A DNA stretch of 64,000 nucleotides from positions 64,310 to 128,309 of the forward strand of contig CALRYC010000005.1 of the NCBI GenBank assembly GCA_943372295.1. Reading direction: 5' to 3'. Made by a program: the position numbers and the translations under genes. Below the pieces are notes generated by a model. The model had not been told where the DNA came from and ran no database searches. It was given only the letters and a program-made list of their open reading frames with translations. Positions 56,829-64,000 of this stretch are shown one piece after another. The number at the start of each line of letters is the position of its first letter. The first letter of the stretch is position 1. The stretch comes from Chitinophaga pinensis. GTDB lineage: Bacteria > Bacteroidota > Ignavibacteria > Kapaibacteriales > Kapaibacteriaceae.

Positions 56829-57805
56829 CGGAACCACCTTTCGATGTTGATCTCTGGATCGGGGGTAGCCCCGTCCAAAACACAGGCAACTAGCTGCGAA
56901 GCAGCAAATGGACCCTGCAGCGCCCCCTTGGTGCCAAGACCATTGAGCGTGTATCGTCCCTGCAGCATAGGATGCCGTCCTACTAAAGGTCTTTTGAACT
57001 GTGTCGATGGTCTTATCGCGGCACGGTGACCTTCAACAACGATTTCGTGATCGATCATGTGTCGAACTGCTCCAAGAAGCTGCATACGCGCTTCAGGCGT
57101 AGGAGCGGGGTCGTGATCATCCCAGTCGTGTGTCGCGCCGATACGATACCGGTCATTGCCCATTGGTAGGATCCATGTTCCATTTGTCAGGATGTGATCG
57201 ATGTCCAGGCCTTTGATACATACATCAAGGATCTCCCCTTTGGACGGCTCAATGGGAAGCCACGACCAGTTCGGATCGGTCACGGCTCGATAGCCCGTGC
57301 AGTCGATAACGGCCGACGCACTGTCGCTGTTGGCAGTCCAGTCAACAACGGATCGCATCAACTTAATCAGTTGCGGGATGTCGATCGTGACAACATTCCC
57401 GTGCTGCATCCCTCCATGAGGGTAGCGCACGCCATCGACTTGTCCGGGTGAGATCGCGGTAACAGCGTAGGGGGTAAGTTCACCTGAGTGTATACGCCGA
57501 TGGAACCACTCCTGCATGGAGGTATCACGAAACACCCGACGAAGCGTCCAATCGTGCTGCAGCTGCGTGCTGAAATGCCGTTCGATCTCCGAATACGTTG
57601 CCCGTGCCTGTTCCAAAAGCTGCTCGCCACGCCAGGTGGGTTTTAGGCGCTGACCAGTAATGGGCGTGATCATGCCGGCTGCAACCAGCGACGATGTATC
57701 GGCCGATGTGTCATCCCAGGCACTAACGCGTACGCCACGCCGGATGAACTCCCACGCTGCGAGCGAACCTGCAAGCCCCATTCCGACAATATGAACAGAG
57801 CTCAT
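56825..57805 (-). CDS. FAD-dependent oxidoreductase (DAO family), candidate MnmC(o)-like enzyme
   Basis: 326 aa. N-terminal dinucleotide fold VHIVGMGLAGSLAAWEF. C-terminal LNGLGTKGALQGPFAA. ATGA overlaps on both sides. Confidence 0.7.
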   Translation of the reverse strand: MSSVHIVGMGLAGSLAAWEFIRRGVRVSAWDDTSADTSSLVAAGMITPITGQRLKPTWRGEQLLEQARATYSEIERHFSTQLQHDWTLRRVFRDTSMQEWFHRRIHSGELTPYAVTAISPGQVDGVRYPHGGMQHGNVVTIDIPQLIKLMRSVVDWTANSDSASAVIDCTGYRAVTDPNWSWLPIEPSKGEILDVCIKGLDIDHILTNGTWILPMGNDRYRIGATHDWDDHDPAPTPEARMQLLGAVRHMIDHEIVVEGHRAAIRPSTQFKRPLVGRHPMLQGRYTLNGLGTKGALQGPFAASQLVACVLDGATPDPEINIERWFR

Positions 57806-58530
57806 AGCTCGCGTCCGGTCAGCCCACGAATGACAACGCTCGCACAGGCCGCACCGAAAGCCGCGGGCAGGTAGGGGGCTGTCCCGAATGCCGACCTCTT
57901 GAAGTTTGTCCCGTCGGTGTACATCAGGGACTCATCATCTGTCTCTTCGAGCGAGTACACGGCAGTGATACCCGTTCGTATGCCGACGCGGTGCAGACGC
58001 TTTCTCACGAACCGCGCGAGAGGACATTTCTGGGAGTCTGCTATGTCAGCAATGCGGATCATTGAGGGGTCGACCTTCCCACCTGCTCCCATGGAGCTGA
58101 CTATGCGGAAGCCACGTCGATGGGCCTCCTGGAGCAGGGCGACCTTTGGTGCGAGGGAGTCGATGGCATCTACGATGAAGTCATACGACGCTGAAAGCAG
58201 TCGATCGACTCGGGCAGGGGTAACGAACTCCTGCATTGGGACGACGGCCAGCTCCGGGTTGATGTCACGCAGCCGTGAGCGCATGACCTCGATCTTGAGT
58301 TGTCCTTCGGTGGACGTCAGCGCCGGTAGCTGCCGATTGCGATTCGACGGGTCTACGACATCGCCATCGACGATCGTCATACGCCCCACACCGGCACGGG
58401 CGATAAACTCCGCAGCGTACGAGCCGACGCCACCGAGTCCGACAACCAGTACGTGTGAACGCGTGAATCGGTCAACGGCCTCGTCGCCCAGAAGAAGTCG
58501 AGTGCGGGATGTCCATCCCGCACCGGTCAT
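57802..58530 (-). CDS. tcdA: tRNA threonylcarbamoyladenosine dehydratase (ThiF/E1-like, TcdA/CsdL)
   Basis: 242 aa from ATG 58530. RTRLLLGDEAVDRFTRSHVLVVGLGGVGSYAAEFIARAGVGRMTIVDGDVVDPSNRNRQ. The track start at 58572 overlaps tatD by 46 nt. Confidence 0.85.
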   Translation of the reverse strand: MTGAGWTSRTRLLLGDEAVDRFTRSHVLVVGLGGVGSYAAEFIARAGVGRMTIVDGDVVDPSNRNRQLPALTSTEGQLKIEVMRSRLRDINPELAVVPMQEFVTPARVDRLLSASYDFIVDAIDSLAPKVALLQEAHRRGFRIVSSMGAGGKVDPSMIRIADIADSQKCPLARFVRKRLHRVGIRTGITAVYSLEETDDESLMYTDGTNFKRSAFGTAPYLPAAFGAACASVVIRGLTGREL

Positions 58531-59183
58531 CGCTTGAAGACGGTTTCGAAAGTCTGCTGCTGGATCGCGCATAGCTCCTCGATGCTTACGCCCCGGATGG
58601 TGGCAGCGGCAGCATAGACATCGGAAATAGGTGTCTGGTCTGTGTCGGTCTCAATTAGGAATCTCTCGGGCGGACACAGACGCAGGGCCTCATGCAGGGC
58701 CGAGGAATCTCGGCATACGGAGGGACCGAACGAAAGGACCATGCCGGCATCCAGACATTGCCGGGCAAGTTCAGCCCCCTTGACAAAACCATGCAGTATC
58801 CATGGTTGCGAGGGATTGATAAATTTGTTTACACGCAACAGCTCATCGTGCGCTTTCACACAGTGTACCACAAGGGGTAGTGAAACGCGCTCTGCCATGT
58901 CGGCGATGAATTCGAATGCATCGATCTGATGACCCCAGGGGGCTGAGCACGACCGGTCGAGTCCACACTCCCCGATGCCCACAACGAGCGGCTCCTGCGT
59001 TAGTTCTTCCAAGATCTCTGCGACATCTCTCCAATTAGCGGTCACGTCCCACGGATGCAGGCCGACAGTACAGATTCCATCCGTTTCGAAGACCTCGGTG
59101 TCGGCATTGATACGTATGCTGACGACGGACATGACATCCGGGTCTGACGCTCGATGGTGCGCGTGGGCGTCAATGTATTTCAT
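58527..59183 (-). CDS. tatD: TatD-family metal-dependent hydrolase (short form)
   Basis: 218 aa from ATG 59183. MKYIDAHAHH, GIGECGLD, LPLVVHCVKA, ETD. Confidence 0.8.
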   Translation of the reverse strand: MKYIDAHAHHRASDPDVMSVVSIRINADTEVFETDGICTVGLHPWDVTANWRDVAEILEELTQEPLVVGIGECGLDRSCSAPWGHQIDAFEFIADMAERVSLPLVVHCVKAHDELLRVNKFINPSQPWILHGFVKGAELARQCLDAGMVLSFGPSVCRDSSALHEALRLCPPERFLIETDTDQTPISDVYAAAATIRGVSIEELCAIQQQTFETVFKR

Positions 59184-59275
59184 CACTGAAGAGCAGGGCG
59201 ACCGCTGAAGCGGAATCAAAAATCACAATGGTGGGAGAAGTCGGCCGGTAAATCTAGAAAACAGAAATCACTTCC

Positions 59276-59686
59276 TCAAAGGTCCGGTGCATCGGTGTCG
59301 GAAACACCGCGCTTTGATGCGTCTCTGGCTGCCATAGCAAGGGCTTCGTAACGAACTCGTAATCCGTCGAGGGTTTTTTCTTCCATCTGTTCAATGTCCA
59401 GCATGACGTTGTGTGCTCCCTTCGTTACCCGTATGAGTTCGTCGAGCTTCAGATGTATGGCCTCGGTATCGCGGTTCTGCGTGTTCTGGATCAGGAACAC
59501 CATGAGAAAGGTGACAATCGTCGTGGCGGTGTTGATCACAAGTTGCCATGTGTCACTGAAGCCGAAGATCGGTCCGGATACAAGCCAGACGGTGATCGTC
59601 AGCAAGGCAATTGTGAACGTTATCGGCCTGCCGGCAACTCGAGCGACGGACTTGGCAACGGCACTGTAAACACTGCTTTGACTCAT
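59276..59686 (-). CDS. Low-affinity iron permease family (PF04120-like) membrane protein
   Basis: 136 aa. FGFSDTWQLVINTATTIVTFLMVFLIQNTQNRDTEAIHLKLDELI matches the family signature as recalled. Confidence 0.75.
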   Translation of the reverse strand: MSQSSVYSAVAKSVARVAGRPITFTIALLTITVWLVSGPIFGFSDTWQLVINTATTIVTFLMVFLIQNTQNRDTEAIHLKLDELIRVTKGAHNVMLDIEQMEEKTLDGLRVRYEALAMAARDASKRGVSDTDAPDL

Positions 59687-60099
59687 TTGGTGGACCTATG
59701 TTTTCGGGGAATAGCCAGCCAGGAAGCGACCGGTATCAACACGATCGCACCGACCATCAGCCATATCGGATGGGGAAACTGGAAGAAGTTCATGACCGTA
59801 GCTGCAAGAATAAAGCCCCCTACCAATAGAGTCGTCACGCGCTCTGCTCCCTTGGCAATGCGGATAGCAACCATTGAGCCGATATATGCCCCCGCGCACC
59901 AAGCCACGAGCAGACTCGCAAGAGCTCCGAAGTTGAGACCTTCCGCATAGGCCTGCACGGCCAAAGGGTCATTGGAACTCGGCATCGCCGCGCTGCCCAT
60001 GAACAACGAATGGCCAAGCATCTCGATGGCGGCAACCACAAGTCCGCTGGCGATCATGCCAGCTAGAACCGCAAGCGTTCTGCGCAGAATGTGATTCAT
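59683..60099 (-). CDS. Hypothetical small integral membrane protein (about 4 TM)
   Basis: 138 aa from ATG 60099 (MNHILRRTLAVLAGMIASGLVVAAIEML...). AGGAGA lies 9 nt upstream. ATGA overlap with the iron permease gene. The track ORF start (60330) runs through the groEL terminator and into groEL. Confidence 0.55.
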   Translation of the reverse strand: MNHILRRTLAVLAGMIASGLVVAAIEMLGHSLFMGSAAMPSSNDPLAVQAYAEGLNFGALASLLVAWCAGAYIGSMVAIRIAKGAERVTTLLVGGFILAATVMNFFQFPHPIWLMVGAIVLIPVASWLAIPRKHRSTK

Positions 60100-60147
60100 T
60101 ATCGAGTTCTCCTGTGAATAGTAGCGCATGATAACACCCGAAATGCA

Positions 60148-60179
60148 AACGCCCGACCCCAAGAATGGGGTCGGGCGTT
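60148..60179 (-). terminator. Intrinsic terminator after groEL
   Basis: AACGCCCGACCCC-loop(6)-GGGGTCGGGCGTT, a 13-bp perfect stem 33 nt past the groEL stop, followed on the minus strand by TGCATTTCGGG. Confidence 0.55.
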
Positions 60180-60211
60180 GCTGATACTTTGGGAGACAAC
60201 CGATCGCAAGA

Positions 60212-61870
<1,659 letters not shown>

Positions 61871-61896
61871 TCAAAATGGTGGGTTTGGGAGGGGGC

Positions 61897-62184
61897 TTAC
61901 TTGATGATGCCGAAGATGTCTGCTTCGCGCATGATCAGATAATCGTCGCCATCAATGCTGATCTCTGTGCCGGCATACTTGCCGTAGAGAACAGTATCGC
62001 CTACCGTTACCGCCATTGGCGTAACCTTGCCGTCTTCCGACTGCTTACCGGCGCCCACGGCAATGATGGTTCCCTGCATTGGCTTTTCCTTGGCCGTGTC
62101 AGGAATGATGATGCCACCCTTGGTGACTTCTTCGGCTTGCGCCGGCTTGACCAGCACCCGGTCATGAAGAGGGGTTAGACCCAT
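61897..62184 (-). CDS. groES: Co-chaperonin GroES (Cpn10)
   Basis: 95 aa from ATG 62184 ([44 protein letters not shown]). GGAGGA lies 7 nt upstream. The track GTG start at 62259 lies inside the CIRCE element. Confidence 0.97.
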   Translation of the reverse strand: MGLTPLHDRVLVKPAQAEEVTKGGIIIPDTAKEKPMQGTIIAVGAGKQSEDGKVTPMAVTVGDTVLYGKYAGTEISIDGDDYLIMREADIFGIIK

Positions 62185-62252
62185 GACTGATCCTCCAAAT
62201 AATGTTGTAAAAAACGCGCCTGTGCATTTCAATAATCGCCGATGACGAATGT

Positions 62253-62279
62253 TTGGCACTCATCGTGTATGAGTGCTAA
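62253..62279 (-). promoter_or_regulatory. CIRCE operator (HrcA binding site) upstream of groES
   Basis: TTGGCACTC-atcgtgtat-GAGTGCTAA versus consensus TTAGCACTC-N9-GAGTGCTAA (one mismatch). Lies 69 nt upstream of the groES ATG. Confidence 0.8.
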
Positions 62280-62297
62280 CAGCTACGGCGTTGGGGG

Positions 62298-62329
62298 CGA
62301 AATTAGATGGTTAGGAGGCTGACAACAAG
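62298..62329 (-). promoter_or_regulatory. Candidate groES promoter
   Basis: Minus strand CTTG-N20-TAATTTCG, a near match to TTTG-N19-21-TAnnTTTG. It can also be read as TTGTTG-N17-TAATTT. Ends 18 nt upstream of CIRCE. Confidence 0.3.
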
Positions 62330-62409
62330 TGAAAAGATGGCAGTATGCCAATAGCCGCCTGCCAGTATGACGCAGTATCTGTCATTATGTCTACAGACGG
62401 GCCGCGATT

Positions 62410-63198
62410 CTAGAACACGACACCGAAAATTGCATCGATTACAAGGATGCTGGCCGCAGAAATGGTGAAGGCCCGCACGGTGGAGTTGCCGACGCCCTCA
62501 GCTCCACCAGTGGTGCGAAAACCGACGTGACAGCCGATCAGGGCGGTGAAACCACCGAAAAAGAATGACTTAACAATGCCTCTGCTGATCTCTTCGATGC
62601 TGAAGAACTGCTGGATCGACGTGAAGAACGTTGCCGCACTGAAATCGAACTTGATGCTCGTGAGAATGTACGCACCGACTAAGGCGACGACGTTTGAAAA
62701 CACCGCCAGCACAGGCATCATCGTTACGGCGGCTAGAGCACGCGGCATGCCGAGATAACGGTTTTTGTCGATGGCCATCAAATCCAGCGCATCAATCTGT
62801 TCCGACACCTGCATGGTTCCGATCTGCGCGGCAATTGCACCCCCTACTCGACCGGCGATCACAAGTGCCGTAAGCACAGGAGTAAGCTCGGTAAACACCA
62901 CTGTAGCAATGGACCCCCCGATAAAGGGGCGGGCAATACCTATAAGGTTGAACTTGGCAAAGAGATTCGTTGCCTGCAAGGCAGCGATAGCGCCGGTGAA
63001 TGAGCCAACCAGCACCACCAGCGGCAGTGAGTCAGATCCAACGATCTTCATCTGTTCGAGCACCAGACGACGGTCTTTGAACGCCCGCGGAAAATACCGG
63101 ATGATTCCGGTCAGCAGCAGAGCTACCTGACCGACCTCGGCAAAGATCGACAGCATGATGCGTCCAAATCCGGCTATGAATTGCGTCATGACCTGCAA
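62410..63198 (-). CDS. mlaE: MlaE-family ABC transporter permease (lipid asymmetry maintenance type)
   Basis: 262 aa (TTG track start; alt ATG at 63189). Typical MlaE pattern: QMKIVGSDSLPLVVLVGSFTGAI, GRVGGAIAAQIGTMQVSEQIDAL, VGNSTVRAF. Confidence 0.85.
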   Translation of the reverse strand: MQVMTQFIAGFGRIMLSIFAEVGQVALLLTGIIRYFPRAFKDRRLVLEQMKIVGSDSLPLVVLVGSFTGAIAALQATNLFAKFNLIGIARPFIGGSIATVVFTELTPVLTALVIAGRVGGAIAAQIGTMQVSEQIDALDLMAIDKNRYLGMPRALAAVTMMPVLAVFSNVVALVGAYILTSIKFDFSAATFFTSIQQFFSIEEISRGIVKSFFFGGFTALIGCHVGFRTTGGAEGVGNSTVRAFTISAASILVIDAIFGVVF

Positions 63199-63263
63199 TC
63201 TACGACGATGCCCATCGCCACGGAGTGACGATGGGCATCTGATCTTGAATTCAAACGATCGAC

Positions 63264-64000
63264 TTAGCCGCGTCCGCCGGTACCCGTGCTGTCGCCGGTA
63301 CCACGTCCGCCAGGGCCACGTCCACCTGTACTGTCCTTACCACCGCGGTCTCCGCCCTTGTCGCCGCCGCGTGGTCCACCGCCGTTGCGGGCATCGCGGT
63401 TCTTGACGAACGTGTCAAGAATGCCCTTTTGCTTTTCGTCGAGGATCGAGCTCAGGCGCGCCAGGAATGCATCGTCGCAAGCTTTCAGGGCAGCACGAGC
63501 TGCTTCACGCTCGGGCAGGTTCTTGATGGCTTCGCGAGTAGCCTTGTTCAGATCGCGAACCTTCTGACGTGCTTCGTCGCGGGTGATCGTACCGGCCTCT
63601 ACAGAAGCCTTGATCTCTTCGCGTGCCGCCTTGGCGCGGTCGAGGATGGCACGCTCTGCCGTCTTGAGAGCCTCAAGAGCGGCCGTTGCACAGTCCTTGT
63701 GCGCTGCGAGCAAACGCTCGACTTGCACCTTCTGGTCTGGCGTGAGATTCAACGAGGCGAGAAGACGGTCGAACGGGCTACGTGGCCCCTTCTTTGCGGT
63801 GTCTGGGCGCTCACGTACCTCCATTGGAATCTCAAGCGAGGCATCCGTGAACTCAACCGGCTGACCGTTGAGATCGAACGTCGTCTGGACGTTGTTGAAC
63901 ATGGCCATCGGCTCTGCTGGGTTCGAACCCAGTTCGCTGCAGGCAACAAGACCGAGCGAGATGGCGGAAAAGGCAACCATGGCGAGCGTCTTGAAGACAT
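63264..64000 (-). CDS. Spy/CpxP-like (LTxxQ motif) periplasmic lipoprotein with Gly/Arg-rich tail; the 5' end probably lies beyond the window
   Basis: The frame stays open upstream of the track ATG (63980) to the window edge: ..VFKTLAMVAFSAISLGLVAC|S (lipobox LVAC). LNLTPDQKVQVERLL (LTxxQ) and helical, Ala/Lys/Glu-rich repeats. Tail: GGGPRGGDKGGDRGGKDSTGGRGPGGRGTGDSTGTGGRG. Confidence 0.6.
   Translation of the reverse strand, partial: VFKTLAMVAFSAISLGLVACSELGSNPAEPMAMFNNVQTTFDLNGQPVEFTDASLEIPMEVRERPDTAKKGPRSPFDRLLASLNLTPDQKVQVERLLAAHKDCATAALEALKTAERAILDRAKAAREEIKASVEAGTITRDEARQKVRDLNKATREAIKNLPEREAARAALKACDDAFLARLSSILDEKQKGILDTFVKNRDARNGGGPRGGDKGGDRGGKDSTGGRGPGGRGTGDSTGTGGRG

Noticed and set aside
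62338-62360. Possible sigma-54 promoter (TGGCA motifs)
   Set aside because: On neither strand does a GG-N10-GC arrangement with TTGC at the -12 position exist. The GG to GC offset is 15 nt rather than 12.

Overview
GC-rich bacterial chromosomal segment, almost entirely coding and mostly on the minus strand. No CRISPR array, transposase, integrase or rRNA was seen. Conserved core: a tRNA-Tyr/Gly/Thr/Trp cluster followed by secE-nusG-rplK-rplA-rplJ-rplL-rpoB-rpoC (notably without tuf), groES-groEL behind a CIRCE operator, carA, lysC, rpsT, murQ, lnt, plsY and maf. Lineage clues: six proteins end in type-A T9SS C-terminal sorting domains, with a seventh possible. Two promoters match the Bacteroidetes-type TTTG-N19/20-TAnnTTTG architecture. 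The tRNA/secE/nusG synteny is FCB-like, so this is probably a Bacteroidota/Ignavibacteriota/Chlorobiota-related organism. Most interesting accessory content: (1) a DUF1800-DUF1501-TIM-barrel/CBM operon in which the DUF1501 protein has both a twin-arginine signal and a T9SS sorting domain. (2) A chain of ATGA-overlapped genes, tatD-tcdA-FAD oxidoreductase-mnmM(ytqB-like)-gpx, that looks like a split, non-orthologous MnmC pathway. (3) A light-repair module: an unlisted 52-codon DUF2256-like zinc-ribbon ORF, a Cry-DASH lacking about 50 aa of its alpha/beta domain, an FeS-type (6-4) photolyase and an acyltransferase. (4) T9SS-exported phosphatases, namely PhoD and a beta-helix/histidine-phosphatase fusion. 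(5) A YfhO-family membrane protein translationally coupled to an unrecognised 199-aa protein and lysC. Several ORF-track entries carry N-terminal extensions or are antisense shadow ORFs, and starts were re-picked where the sequence supports it. All family assignments rest on motif recognition by eye, not on database searches.
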